Positions 48,408-58,357 of a DNA stretch of 64,000 bases are shown one piece after another. The stretch covers positions 460,358-524,357 of the forward strand of contig JAGTJX010000001.1 of assembly GCA_023657465.1 (NCBI GenBank), written 5' to 3'. The notes under the pieces are model-generated. The model worked only from the letters and a program-made list of their open reading frames with translations. It was not told where the DNA came from and did not search any database. Both the position numbers and the translations under genes were made by a program. Source of the stretch: Lysobacteraceae bacterium. Its GTDB lineage: Bacteria; Bdellovibrionota; UBA1018; JAGTJX01. Numbering within the stretch: position 1 is the first letter of the stretch; each line of letters begins with the position of its first letter.

Positions 48408-49090
48408 GTGAATAAAAAATCTCAAAATAGTTTAGGCTACGATCGTTGGTCTAGAGTTTATGATCAAACTCTTAACTCTACAGTTGCAGCTGATGAATTG
48501 AATTTCCCTAAGTTTTGGGGAGATTTTTCAGGAGTAGAAATTTTAGAAGTTGGTTGTGGAACGGGTCGCCACACACACACAAGCTTTCGAAAATAGCTAA
48601 AGTCGTGAGTGCATTAGATCCTTCACTAGGAATGCTTAAGGTCGACAGATCGAAGTTAACAAGTGCTAATATTGATTGGATTCATAGTGATTTTTTTGAT
48701 TTTGAATTTGGCCCAAAAAAATTCGATGTCATTATTGAAAGCTTAGTTCTTGAGCATATTAAGGATATTCAGGCGTTTTTTTTGAAGGTATATTCCTTAC
48801 TTGCCTCTTGAGGGTCCCTTTATTTGTCAGAAATCCATCCCCATCGATTTTCATCCGGAGTCCAAGCGAATTTTTATGATGGAGATGCAGATCAACACGT
48901 GATTTTAGAGAGTTTTTTTCATTCACAATTGAGTATTAAGAACGCTTGTATTTTAGCTGGCTTTAATAACTCCTTAACAAAAGACGTTTATGGAACAGAA
49001 GAGCTGATTAAATTAAATCAAGATTGGAGGAAGCATTTGAATCAACCTCTAATTCAAAGTGGAAGTTTACGAAAAAGCAGAAATAGCTAA
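48408..49090 (+). pseudogene. Class I SAM-dependent methyltransferase pseudogene: frameshift at a (CA)6 tract plus an in-frame TGA
   Basis: Three consecutive ORF fragments (frames 0/2/2) together read as a single methyltransferase: motif I ILEVGCGTG in the first fragment, the acidic post-I region and VLEH in the second, and the LxxGG-like motif spanning the TGA at 48809-48811. Confidence 0.6.
48570..48581. repeat. (CA)6 dinucleotide tract at the frameshift point of the methyltransferase pseudogene
   Basis: cacacacacaca read directly; the upstream reading frame (0) and downstream frame (2) join here. Confidence 0.8.
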
Positions 49091-49171
49091 TAAAGACTCG
49101 CCGCAATAGATTTATTTTTCTTTAAGCTCAATCTTCTTAATGCTACTAAGATTCTTGTTCCAACGAAGCGG

Positions 49172-49248
49172 GCGGAAGTAGCTCAGTTGGCTAGAGCGTC
49201 AGCTTTCCAAGCTGAGGGTCGAGGGTTCGAGTCCCTTCTTCCGCTCCA
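49172..49248 (+). tRNA. glyT: tRNA-Gly (anticodon TCC)
   Basis: Acceptor GCGGAAG/CTTCCGC, anticodon stem TCAGC/GCTGA with loop TTTCCAA, T-loop TTCGAGT, CCA. Confidence 0.85.
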
Positions 49249-49271
49249 TTTCTAGCCTCTAAATTTTGGGC

Positions 49272-49346
<75 letters not shown>

Positions 49347-49419
49347 TTTTTTTATGGATTTCTGATTGAAAATAGATAAGAAATAGTCAAAACAATTAAT
49401 CGAGAGGGTAAGGCACTGT

Positions 49420-50610
49420 ATGTCTAAGGAAAAATTTGAACGTAAGAAACCACATTTGAACATCGGAACGATCGGCCACGTCGATCACGGTAAAACAACA
49501 TTGACCGCTGCGATCACAACAGTTCTAGCTAAAAAAGGCTGGGCTCAAGCTCGTGCGTACGATCAGATCGATAACGCTCCTGAAGAAAAAGAGCGCGGTA
49601 TCACCATCAACACTACGCACGTTGAATATGAAACAGCTAACAGACACTATGCACACGTCGACTGCCCAGGCCACGCTGACTACGTGAAGAACATGATCAC
49701 AGGCGCTGCACAGATGGACGGAGCAATTCTAGTTTGCTCTGCTGCTGACGGACCAATGCCACAAACTCGTGAGCACATCCTTCTTGCTCGCCAAGTTGGT
49801 GTTCCAGCTATCGTTGTATTTCTCAATAAATGCGACATGGTTGATGATGCTGAATTGATCGATCTCGTTGAGATGGAACTCCGTGAGTTGCTCTCGAGCT
49901 ATCAGTTCCCTGGTGACAAAATTCCAATCATTCGCGGATCTGCACTTAAAGCAGGTGAAGGCGACACAGGTGAGCTAGGTGAGCAAGCTATTCTCAAGCT
50001 CATGGAAGCGTGTGATTCTGCTATTCCACAGCCAAAGCGTGAAAAAGATAAGCCATTTCTCATGCCTGTTGAAGACGTGTTCTCGATCTCTGGTCGTGGA
50101 ACTGTTGTTACCGGACGTGTTGAGCGTGGTGTGATTAAAGTCGGCGAAGAAATCGAGATCATCGGTCTCCGCCCAACCACTAAAACAGTTATCACTGGAG
50201 TAGAGATGTTCCGTAAACTTCTCGATCAAGGTGAAGCGGGCGACAACATCGGAGCTCTTCTTCGTGGAACGAAGAAAGAAGAGATTGAGCGTGGACAAGT
50301 TCTCGCTCACGTTGGCTCTGTGACTCCTCACAAAAAATTCAAAGGCCAAGCGTACATTCTCACCAAAGAAGAAGGTGGACGTCACACTCCATTCTTCAAG
50401 GGTTACCGCCCTCAGTTCTACTTCCGTACAACTGACGTTACCGGCGTAGTCACTCTTCCAGCTGGTGTTGAAATGGTTATGCCTGGTGACAACATCGCTA
50501 TCGAAGTGGAACTCATTACTCCAATCGCAATGGAAAAAGAGTTACGTTTCGCTATCCGCGAAGGCGGCCGCACTGTTGGTGCAGGCGTTGTTGCTGAGAT
50601 TATCGAGTAA
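49420..50610 (+). CDS. tuf: Elongation factor Tu
   Basis: [21 protein letters not shown] and SALK G-motifs; 396 aa; strong RBS gagagggtaagg. Confidence 0.98.
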   Translation: MSKEKFERKKPHLNIGTIGHVDHGKTTLTAAITTVLAKKGWAQARAYDQIDNAPEEKERGITINTTHVEYETANRHYAHVDCPGHADYVKNMITGAAQMDGAILVCSAADGPMPQTREHILLARQVGVPAIVVFLNKCDMVDDAELIDLVEMELRELLSSYQFPGDKIPIIRGSALKAGEGDTGELGEQAILKLMEACDSAIPQPKREKDKPFLMPVEDVFSISGRGTVVTGRVERGVIKVGEEIEIIGLRPTTKTVITGVEMFRKLLDQGEAGDNIGALLRGTKKEEIERGQVLAHVGSVTPHKKFKGQAYILTKEEGGRHTPFFKGYRPQFYFRTTDVTGVVTLPAGVEMVMPGDNIAIEVELITPIAMEKELRFAIREGGRTVGAGVVAEIIE

Positions 50611-50635
50611 TCTCGGAACGATCTAAGTTTAGAGA

Positions 50636-50669
50636 AGCGGACTCGAGTTTCGGGTCCGCTTTTTTTTTG
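50636..50669 (+). terminator. Rho-independent terminator after tuf
   Basis: Stem AGCGGAC...GTCCGCT followed by T9. Confidence 0.7.
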
Positions 50670-50682
50670 AAAATTTGTAGAT

Positions 50683-50759
50683 AGGCCAGTAGCTCCAATT
50701 GGTAGAGCAGCGGATTCCAAATCCGCTTGTTGTGGGTTCGAGTCCCTCCTGGCCTGCCA
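50683..50759 (+). tRNA. trpT: tRNA-Trp (anticodon CCA)
   Basis: Acceptor AGGCCAG/CTGGCCT, anticodon stem GCGGA/TCCGC with loop TTCCAAA, T-loop TTCGAGT, CCA. Confidence 0.85.
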
Positions 50760-50803
50760 TTTTGTTTAGTGATTATTTGAATAAAAGGTGGGAGATCAGA
50801 TAG

Positions 50804-51178
50804 ATGGATAACAGTCGTCAAAAATGGGTAAACATGAGTTTTTTGGCCGGAGCAGTTCTGGTGGGCTACGTTCTTTTTGAGCTTTCGTTCAAAATTGCTG
50901 GAACCTTTGATCTCGAAGCAAGAGTTAAGCAGATCGACTGGATCATCCGTTTTAGTTCAATCGGCATTTCTGCTCTTATCTTCTTAGTCCTTTACAACAG
51001 TTCTAAAGCGAATCAGTTTACTGACGAAGTTGTTCTAGAGCTTTCACGCGTTACTTGGCCAGCTTCCAAGGAAACGACTCGCGCCACTATTGTGGTTGTG
51101 ATCATGGTTCTCATCGCAGGAATCCTCTTGGGTGGGATGGATGTATTTTGGGCTTGGGCAGTAAAGAGTATTCTCTAG
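50804..51178 (+). CDS. secE: Preprotein translocase subunit SecE (long 3-TM form)
   Basis: Three TM helices; conserved ELSRVTWPASKETTRAT before the last TM; RBS ggtgggag. Confidence 0.9.
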   Translation: MDNSRQKWVNMSFLAGAVLVGYVLFELSFKIAGTFDLEARVKQIDWIIRFSSIGISALIFLVLYNSSKANQFTDEVVLELSRVTWPASKETTRATIVVVIMVLIAGILLGGMDVFWAWAVKSIL

Positions 51179-51213
51179 ATTTTTTAGGCCAAACAGAATA
51201 GAAGAGTTCTTCC

Positions 51214-51765
51214 ATGCAAACACAAAGTGTTACAAATGAGATGTCTTGGTACGTTGTTCACACGTACTCTGGCTACGAAAATAAGGCTAAAATTGCACTC
51301 GAAGAGCGCATTAAATCCCTTAAAAAAGAGCCTCTTTTCGGTGAAGTCATCGTTCCTGAAGAAAACGTTATAGAGCTTGTTAAGGGCCAAAAACGCACTA
51401 CAAAACGTCGTTTTTTCCCAGGTTATATTCTTGTGAAAATGGTTCTTACCGATGAAACATGGCACATCGTAAAAGACACTCCAAAAATTACTGGTTTCGT
51501 AGGCGATAAAGTGAAGCCAATTCCAATCGCTGAAGCAGAAGTTCAAAAAATGACTAATCGTATGGCTGAGGGTCAGTCTAAACCTCGTCCACGCGTCTCC
51601 TTTATTGAAGGCGAAAATGTTCGCGTCGTTGATGGTCCGTTCTCTAATTTCAACGGAACCATCGAAGAAGTGAATCCTGATAAAGGTAAGGTCAAAGTAT
51701 TGGTGAGTATCTTCGGACGTTCAACTCCTGTTGAACTAGATTTTATTCAAGTTGAAAAAGTATAA
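51214..51765 (+). CDS. nusG: Transcription termination/antitermination factor NusG
   Basis: NGN domain [14 protein letters not shown] and C-terminal KOW ([21 protein letters not shown]). Confidence 0.95.
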   Translation: MQTQSVTNEMSWYVVHTYSGYENKAKIALEERIKSLKKEPLFGEVIVPEENVIELVKGQKRTTKRRFFPGYILVKMVLTDETWHIVKDTPKITGFVGDKVKPIPIAEAEVQKMTNRMAEGQSKPRPRVSFIEGENVRVVDGPFSNFNGTIEEVNPDKGKVKVLVSIFGRSTPVELDFIQVEKV

Positions 51766-51789
51766 CTAATTGGGTATTAAGAGCGGCTT

Positions 51790-52212
51790 ATGGCAAAAAA
51801 AGTAACTGGACAGATTAAACTTCAAATCCCTGGCGGACAAGCAAATCCAGCACCACCAGTTGGACCGGCACTCGGCCAGCGTGGCGTAAATATTATGGAA
51901 TTCTGTAAAGCATTCAATGCTAAAACACAGGAGTCCAAAGGCACGATCATTCCAGTGATCATCACTGTTTATTCTGATCGTTCTTTCACTTTCATAACAA
52001 AGACTCCACCGGCGTCTATTTTGTTATTCAAAGCTGCAAAAATTGAAAAAGGTTCAGGCGAGCCCAATAAGAAAAAAGTTGGAAGCGTCACGAAGAAGCA
52101 AATTGAAGACATTGCTAAATTGAAGATGCCAGACTTAAATGCTGGTACTGTAGAAGCGGCAATGAGAACAATCGAAGGAACAGCGAAGAATTCAGGTTTA
52201 ACTGTTTCATAA
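51790..52212 (+). CDS. rplK: 50S ribosomal protein L11
   Basis: [44 protein letters not shown]. Confidence 0.95.
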   Translation: MAKKVTGQIKLQIPGGQANPAPPVGPALGQRGVNIMEFCKAFNAKTQESKGTIIPVIITVYSDRSFTFITKTPPASILLFKAAKIEKGSGEPNKKKVGSVTKKQIEDIAKLKMPDLNAGTVEAAMRTIEGTAKNSGLTVS

Positions 52213-52271
52213 GGTTTTTAAACATGTGGGAGCTGGTCCAAGTGGCTAGCGTCTGAACCACGGAGGTACAA

Positions 52272-52988
52272 ATGGCTAAGAAATTCGGTAAACACGGCAA
52301 GAAATATTCTGCTGCACACGAAAAAGTACAAATCGGTAAAGCATACTTAGTAAAAGAGGCATTCGATCTTTTACCGACAGTCGCTTTTGCAAAATTCGAC
52401 GAAACTGTCGATGTTGCATTCAACCTCGGTGTTGACCCGAAACACGCTGACCAAATGGTCAGAGGAGCTCTCGGTCTTCCCCATGGTATCGGAAAAACTG
52501 TTAAAGTTGCTGTTCTCGCAAAAGGCGAAAAAGCAAAAGAAGCACAAGCTGCAGGCGCAGACATTGTTGGTGCTGATGACCTCATCGAAAAAATCCAAGG
52601 TGGATTCCTTGATTTCGATAAGCTCATTGCAACTCCAGATATGATGGTCGCTGTTTCTAAAGTTGGTAAGATTCTTGGACCAAGAAACCTAATGCCTAAC
52701 CCAAAATTAGGTACTGTGACGATGCAAGTTGGCCAAGCTGTTTCAGAACAAAAAAAAGGTAAAGTTGAATACCGCACAGAGAAGACCGGTATCGTTCACG
52801 TGAAGATTGGTAAAAAATCTTTCGGATCAGACAAGCTTCGTGAAAATTTTTTAGCAATCGCATCTCAAATTTTAAAAGCTAAACCAAACACCAGCAAAGG
52901 CACATATCTTAAAAATATAACCCTTTCTTCGACAATGAGCCCTCCAATTAAAATGGATACTCTAGATGTTATGAATGTGGCTGGATAA
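52272..52988 (+). CDS. rplA: 50S ribosomal protein L1
   Basis: Typical L1 sequence with ...FDETVDVAFNLGVDPKHADQMVRG... Confidence 0.95.
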   Translation: MAKKFGKHGKKYSAAHEKVQIGKAYLVKEAFDLLPTVAFAKFDETVDVAFNLGVDPKHADQMVRGALGLPHGIGKTVKVAVLAKGEKAKEAQAAGADIVGADDLIEKIQGGFLDFDKLIATPDMMVAVSKVGKILGPRNLMPNPKLGTVTMQVGQAVSEQKKGKVEYRTEKTGIVHVKIGKKSFGSDKLRENFLAIASQILKAKPNTSKGTYLKNITLSSTMSPPIKMDTLDVMNVAG

Positions 52989-53006
52989 TAGGAAGAGACG
53001 AAAATC

Positions 53007-53543
53007 ATGAACAAGGCGCAAAAAGATACTTTAAAAGCGGATTTAAAAGATAAATTCACAAAAGCAAAAGTTGCGATTTTTGCTGACTACAAGGGTCTGT
53101 CTGCAACTCAGGCGGATAATCTCCGTAGAGTACTTCGTGTTGAGAACTGTACGGTAAAAGTTCTGAAGAATAATATTGCTCGTAAAGTGACTGAAGCAGG
53201 ATTCAGCGCAGATACAAAAGCAATTTGTGATGCAACTGTAGGACCTACTCTCGTAGCTTTCGGCTTTGGAGATCCAGCTGCTACAGCAAAAATCATTCAC
53301 AAGTTTGCAAAAGAAAACGAAGCTCTCAAGCTCAAAGACAGCTTGTTAGAAGCAAAAAAAATCTCTCCGGCTGAGATCGAAGCACTTGCTACGCTCCCCT
53401 CAAGAGAAGTTCTCCTGTCTATGTTGCTCAGTACATTCAATGGTCCAGCTCGTGGTTTCGTCAGTGTACTTGCTGCTGTGCCTAGAGGATTGGTTACAGT
53501 TCTTGATGCAGTTGGGAAGAAAAAGTCAGAAGGTCAGCAATAA
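53007..53543 (+). CDS. rplJ: 50S ribosomal protein L10
   Basis: Position between rplA and rplL; L10-like N-terminal domain; 178 aa. Confidence 0.9.
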   Translation: MNKAQKDTLKADLKDKFTKAKVAIFADYKGLSATQADNLRRVLRVENCTVKVLKNNIARKVTEAGFSADTKAICDATVGPTLVAFGFGDPAATAKIIHKFAKENEALKLKDSLLEAKKISPAEIEALATLPSREVLLSMLLSTFNGPARGFVSVLAAVPRGLVTVLDAVGKKKSEGQQ

Positions 53544-53635
53544 TTTTAAAGGGTTAGTCAAATTTGCTGTGGCCTAGGTAGGGCCCGGTTAACAAGCCAT
53601 GACGGCAAGATACTTGGAAAAAGAAGAGGTAGAAA

Positions 53636-54010
53636 ATGTCAGCAGTTACTAAGGAACAAGTAGTTTCTTTCATCGAAAACATGTCAGTACTCGATCTTTC
53701 ACAACTTGTGAAAGAACTCGAAACAAAATTCGGCGTTTCCGCAGCATCTCCAGTAGCAGCAGTGGGTGCAGCAGCAGCTGGTCCAGTTGCAGAAGCAAAA
53801 ACTGAATTTACAGTGGTATTGGCTGCAGCCGGTGACAAGAAGATCGATGTCATTAAAGAAGTTCGCACGATTACAGGTTTAGGCTTAAAAGAAGCTAAAG
53901 ACCTTGTTGAAGGCGCACCAAAGCCATTAAAAGAAGGCGTAGCTAAAAAAGACGCTGAAGAAATGAAGAAAAAGCTCGAAGCCGTTGGCGCGAAAGTAGA
54001 GCTTAAGTAA
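53636..54010 (+). CDS. rplL: 50S ribosomal protein L7/L12
   Basis: Ala-rich hinge and C-terminal KVELK; ...[24 protein letters not shown]... Confidence 0.95.
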   Translation: MSAVTKEQVVSFIENMSVLDLSQLVKELETKFGVSAASPVAAVGAAAAGPVAEAKTEFTVVLAAAGDKKIDVIKEVRTITGLGLKEAKDLVEGAPKPLKEGVAKKDAEEMKKKLEAVGAKVELK

Positions 54011-54042
54011 TTTTTTCCAGTATCTTGTCGTAAAGAGTTACA

Positions 54043-54088
54043 GGAAGAAGCAGCAAGAGATGTGTCTTGTTGTTTCTTCCCTAATTTT
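54043..54088 (+). terminator. rplL-rpoB intergenic hairpin; candidate partial attenuator
   Basis: GGAAGAAGCAGCAAGA-gatgtg-TCTTGTTGTTTCTTCC (16-bp stem with 2 G-U pairs) followed by ctaatttt. Confidence 0.45.
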
Positions 54089-54179
54089 GTACGAGTGGCC
54101 TTTTCTCTTTGCACTAGGTCATATTTTGAGCTAAGTTTTGGCACACATCAAAAACCAGCTACCGTAAGGGGAGTCCGAA

Positions 54180-57100
54180 ATGGGTCTTCTGTTTTCTGAA
54201 AACCGTCGCGTTCGAAAAGATTTTTCACGAATTAAAACACCGCTTGAGATCCCAAATCTCATTGAGCTTCAGAAGAATTCTTATGAAGCATTTCTGCAAG
54301 CTGAAGTAACTCCACAGAAACGTACTTTGACAGGCCTTCAAGGCGTGTTCAAGTCAGTGTTTCCTATTGAGGATTTTGATAAAACAGCATCACTTGAATT
54401 TGAGAGCTATGTTTTAGAAAAGCCAAAATACGATGTTGATGAATGTCGTAGCCGCGGCATGACTTATGCTGCTCCATTAAAAATTACAGTTCGTTTAGTT
54501 GTTTATGACGTGGAAGAAGAAGCACAAACGCGCAACATACGAGACATAAAAGAACAAGAAGTTTACATGGGCGAAATCCCACTCATGACCGAAAATGGTT
54601 CGTTTATCATTAACGGTACTGAGCGCGTAATCGTCAGTCAATTACACCGTTCACCTGGCGTTATTTTCACTCACGACCAAGGTAAGTCTCACTCCAGCGG
54701 CAAGATTCTTTATTCCGCTCGCGTAATTCCTCATCGAGGTTCTTGGCTTGATTTTGAATTCGATCACAAAGACATCATGCACGCTCGTATCGATCGCAAA
54801 CGTAAGTTGCCTGCGACGATCATTCTTCGTGCTCTAGGAATGACTCCTACTGAGATCTTGGCTCGTTTCTACAAAATCGAAACCATGAACATCGAAAAAG
54901 GTAAAGACGGACTCAAAGTATACAGAGCGGTTGATTTAGAAATTCTTTCAGGCCAGCGCGCAGAAGAAGATCTTCTCGATCCAAAAACAAAAGAAGTCAT
55001 CGTTAAGAAGAACCGTAAATTTACAAAATCAGTTCTTAAGAAAATCGAAGACGCAGGCATTAAGCGTTTAGAGCTTCCAATGGAAATTGCTATCGGTCGC
55101 GTTCTCTCTGAAGACATCGTCGACGAGAAAACTGGAGAAGTAATTCTCGAAGTGAACACTGAGCTTAGCGAAGCGAAGATCAAAGATCTTTATGCTCGTG
55201 GAATCGTAAAAGTAAAAGTCATCTTCACCGATAACTTGAGCTACGGTCCATTCATCCGTGAAACTCTCCTTGCAGATCGCGTGACTAATCCTGAAGAAGC
55301 TTTGATCGAGATCTATAAGCGTTTACGTCCGGGTGATCCACCAACTGTAGAAGCTTCTAAGCAGCTTTTCGAAAACCTATTTTTTAACGATGAGAGATAT
55401 GATCTTTCTCGCGTTGGTCGTTTAAAACTCAATTACAAATTCCCAACAAACGGAATTTCTGTTGAAACATCGACTCTCACTAAAAAAGATATCTTAGATA
55501 TTCTTTTCTATCTCTGTGAGCTCAACAACGGTCGCGGAACAATCGATGATATCGATCACTTGGGTAACCGCCGCGTAAGAGCAGTGGGCGAGTTAATCGA
55601 AAATCAATATCGTATTGGCCTCGTTCGTATGGAGAGAGCGATCAAAGAACGTATGAGTATTCAAGAAATTGAAACTCTCATGCCTCATGATCTCATCAAC
55701 CAAAAACCAGTTTCAGCTGTGATTAAGGAGTTCTTCGGATCTTCTCAGTTGTCTCAGTTTATGGATCAAACCAATCCATTGTCTGAAGTAACTCATAAGC
55801 GTCGTCTTTCTGCTTTAGGACCCGGAGGTCTCACTCGTGAGCGCGCTGGATTCGAAGTTCGCGACGTTCACAGTACTCACTACGGTCGTATTTGCCCGAT
55901 CGAGACTCCTGAAGGACCAAACATTGGTCTCATTGCGTCTCTCTCAACATTCGCACGTGTGAATGATTTCGGATTTATTGAAACGCCTTATCGAATGATC
56001 AAGGACAAGAAGATCCAAAGTGAAGTGAAATATTTCACTGCTACAGAAGAAGAGAACAAGATTATTGCTCAAACCAATGTCGAAGCTCTCAAAGCTGGTA
56101 AACTCGGCACTGAACTTGCTTCTGCTCGTCGTAAAGGTGATTTCGCTCTCGTTCAACCTGATGATGTTGAGCTTATGGACGTATCTCCTAACCAGTTGGT
56201 TTCTATTGCAGCTTCACTTATTCCATTCTTGGAACACGATGATGCTAACCGAGCTCTCATGGGTTCAAACATGCAGCGTCAGGCAGTTCCGCTCATTCGT
56301 TCTGCTGCTCCCTATGTAGGAACAGGGATTGAAAGAATTGTGGCTCGTGACTCTGGTCACGTTACTAATGCTAAATTTGATGGCGAAGTCATCATGGTCG
56401 ACAGCACTAAAGTAGTTGTTCGTAGATCAGGTAACACCAGCGAAATTGGTTCTGATGTTGATATTTACAATCTCGTAAAATATCGCCGTTCTAACCAAAA
56501 CACATGCGTGAACCAAAAACCAGTCGTGAAAGTCGGAGAGAAAGTCAAAGCAGGAGAAGTTCTTGCTGACGGTCCTTCTACAGACAAAGGCGAATTGGCT
56601 CTCGGTCAAAACGTCCTCGTCGCGTTCATGCCTTGGAATGGTTACAACTTCGAAGACTCGATCTTGATTTCAGAGCGTCTCATTAAAGACGACTGGTTCA
56701 CCTCTATTCACATCGAAGAGTTCGAGTGCGTAGCTCGTGATACCAAGCTTGGAAAAGAAGAAATCACACGCGACATCCCGAACGTCGGTGAAGAAGCACT
56801 CAAAGACTTAGATGAGAGCGGTATCATCCGTATCGGTGCTGAAGTGAAACCTGGAGATGTTCTTGTCGGTAAGGTCACTCCAAAAGGTGAAACTCAACTT
56901 TCTCCAGAAGAAAAACTCTTAAGAGCAATCTTCGGAGAGAAAGCGGGAGACGTGAGAGATACATCTCTTCGCGCTTCATCTGGTGTTTATGGAACAATCA
57001 TTAACGCTCAAGTCTTCGCTCGCGAAGGCACAGAGCCAGATGAACGTTCTAAGCAAATTCTAGAAGAGCATATTGCAAAAATCCGTCGCGACGAAAAAAT

Positions 57101-58319
57101 CGAGACAGATGCAATTCGCACTTCTGCAATGAACAGACTCACCAAAATTCTTGATGGCGTAACAACCACAGGTAAACTTCTTTCTGAAGACGGATCAGTT
57201 GAGCTCCTTAAAAAGGGTCAAAAACTCGATCGAGAAACTCTGAACGAAGTTCCTTTTGAATTGTTGGGATTCATTCCAGTCAAAGATGAACTCGAAAAAG
57301 AAGTAACAGCTGTAATGAAAGCAGGTCGTGAAAAAATCGATGCTGTTCGTTACGTCTTCAAAGAAAAAATCGACAAACTCAAAAAAGGTGACGAACTTGC
57401 TCCTGGCGTGATCAAAATGGTTAAAATCCAAATTGCGATCAAGCGTAAGCTTCAAGTCGGCGATAAAATGGCCGGCCGTCACGGTAATAAAGGAGTTATT
57501 TCAAGAATCGTTCCTGCGGAAGATATGCCATTCATGGCGGACGGAACACCAATCGATATGGTGCTCAATCCACTCGGCGTTCCTTCGCGTATGAACATCG
57601 GTCAGTTGCTTGAGTTGACATTAGGTTGGGCTGCAAAAGGTCTCGCAGATCGCGTGACTTACTACATGGATCGCGTAGAAATGCCTAATCTTAAGAAACT
57701 CATCAAAGAAATCTATTCTTCTCCTGAAGTAGATAAGTACGTTGACTCAGCATCCGATGCGGATCTGAAGAAAATGGCTCATCAGCTCAAGGGCGGAATT
57801 CACTTTGCAACTCCTGTGTTCGATGGAGCGAATGAAAAAGAAATTGGAAGAATGCTTGAAATTGCAGGTCTCCCACCATTAGGCAAAACAACGCTTTATG
57901 ATGGAACAACTGGCGAGCCATTCTCTGAAGAAGTCACAGTCGGCATGATGTACATGCTCAAGCTCCACCACTTGGTTGAAGAGAAAATCCATGCTCGAAG
58001 CATCGGACCTTACAGCTTAGTGACGCAGCAACCTCTCGGCGGTAAAGCGCAATTTGGTGGTCAGCGTTTAGGTGAGATGGAAGTTTGGGCACTTGAGGCA
58101 TATGGCGCTGCTTACGGATTGCAAGAGTTCTTAACAGTCAAATCAGACGACGTTACAGGCCGTAACCGTATGTATGAAGCGATTGTGAAGGGTGAGCAAC
58201 TTCTTGAGCCAGGATTACCTGAGTCGTTCAATGTTCTAGTGAAAGAGCTACAAAGCTTGGCACTTAACGTTGAGTTAATCGAAGGTGAAGACGAAAAAGA
58301 AATTTCAGGCGAGCTATAA
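54180..58319 (+). CDS. rpoB: DNA-directed RNA polymerase subunit beta
   Basis: 1379 aa with conserved beta-subunit blocks (for example [23 protein letters not shown]). Confidence 0.98.
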   Translation: MGLLFSENRRVRKDFSRIKTPLEIPNLIELQKNSYEAFLQAEVTPQKRTLTGLQGVFKSVFPIEDFDKTASLEFESYVLEKPKYDVDECRSRGMTYAAPLKITVRLVVYDVEEEAQTRNIRDIKEQEVYMGEIPLMTENGSFIINGTERVIVSQLHRSPGVIFTHDQGKSHSSGKILYSARVIPHRGSWLDFEFDHKDIMHARIDRKRKLPATIILRALGMTPTEILARFYKIETMNIEKGKDGLKVYRAVDLEILSGQRAEEDLLDPKTKEVIVKKNRKFTKSVLKKIEDAGIKRLELPMEIAIGRVLSEDIVDEKTGEVILEVNTELSEAKIKDLYARGIVKVKVIFTDNLSYGPFIRETLLADRVTNPEEALIEIYKRLRPGDPPTVEASKQLFENLFFNDERYDLSRVGRLKLNYKFPTNGISVETSTLTKKDILDILFYLCELNNGRGTIDDIDHLGNRRVRAVGELIENQYRIGLVRMERAIKERMSIQEIETLMPHDLINQKPVSAVIKEFFGSSQLSQFMDQTNPLSEVTHKRRLSALGPGGLTRERAGFEVRDVHSTHYGRICPIETPEGPNIGLIASLSTFARVNDFGFIETPYRMIKDKKIQSEVKYFTATEEENKIIAQTNVEALKAGKLGTELASARRKGDFALVQPDDVELMDVSPNQLVSIAASLIPFLEHDDANRALMGSNMQRQAVPLIRSAAPYVGTGIERIVARDSGHVTNAKFDGEVIMVDSTKVVVRRSGNTSEIGSDVDIYNLVKYRRSNQNTCVNQKPVVKVGEKVKAGEVLADGPSTDKGELALGQNVLVAFMPWNGYNFEDSILISERLIKDDWFTSIHIEEFECVARDTKLGKEEITRDIPNVGEEALKDLDESGIIRIGAEVKPGDVLVGKVTPKGETQLSPEEKLLRAIFGEKAGDVRDTSLRASSGVYGTIINAQVFAREGTEPDERSKQILEEHIAKIRRDEKIETDAIRTSAMNRLTKILDGVTTTGKLLSEDGSVELLKKGQKLDRETLNEVPFELLGFIPVKDELEKEVTAVMKAGREKIDAVRYVFKEKIDKLKKGDELAPGVIKMVKIQIAIKRKLQVGDKMAGRHGNKGVISRIVPAEDMPFMADGTPIDMVLNPLGVPSRMNIGQLLELTLGWAAKGLADRVTYYMDRVEMPNLKKLIKEIYSSPEVDKYVDSASDADLKKMAHQLKGGIHFATPVFDGANEKEIGRMLEIAGLPPLGKTTLYDGTTGEPFSEEVTVGMMYMLKLHHLVEEKIHARSIGPYSLVTQQPLGGKAQFGGQRLGEMEVWALEAYGAAYGLQEFLTVKSDDVTGRNRMYEAIVKGEQLLEPGLPESFNVLVKELQSLALNVELIEGEDEKEISGEL

Positions 58320-58357
58320 ATTTTAAGATGTATTTTTAAGAATCGGAGACAAGAAAC

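Noticed and set aside
48221-48415. 64-aa ORF overlapping tRNA-Tyr.
   Set aside because: It spans a tRNA gene and its flanks, so it is not plausibly coding.
52115-52777. 220-aa minus-strand ORF antisense to rplK/rplA. Similar long antisense ORFs lie at 53554-54144 against rplL, and inside rpoB/rpoC at 54869-55183 and 61249-61530.
   Set aside because: They lie fully inside highly conserved ribosomal-protein or RNA-polymerase genes on the opposite strand and have low-complexity, Ser/Ala/Thr-rich translations. This is typical of spurious antisense ORFs.
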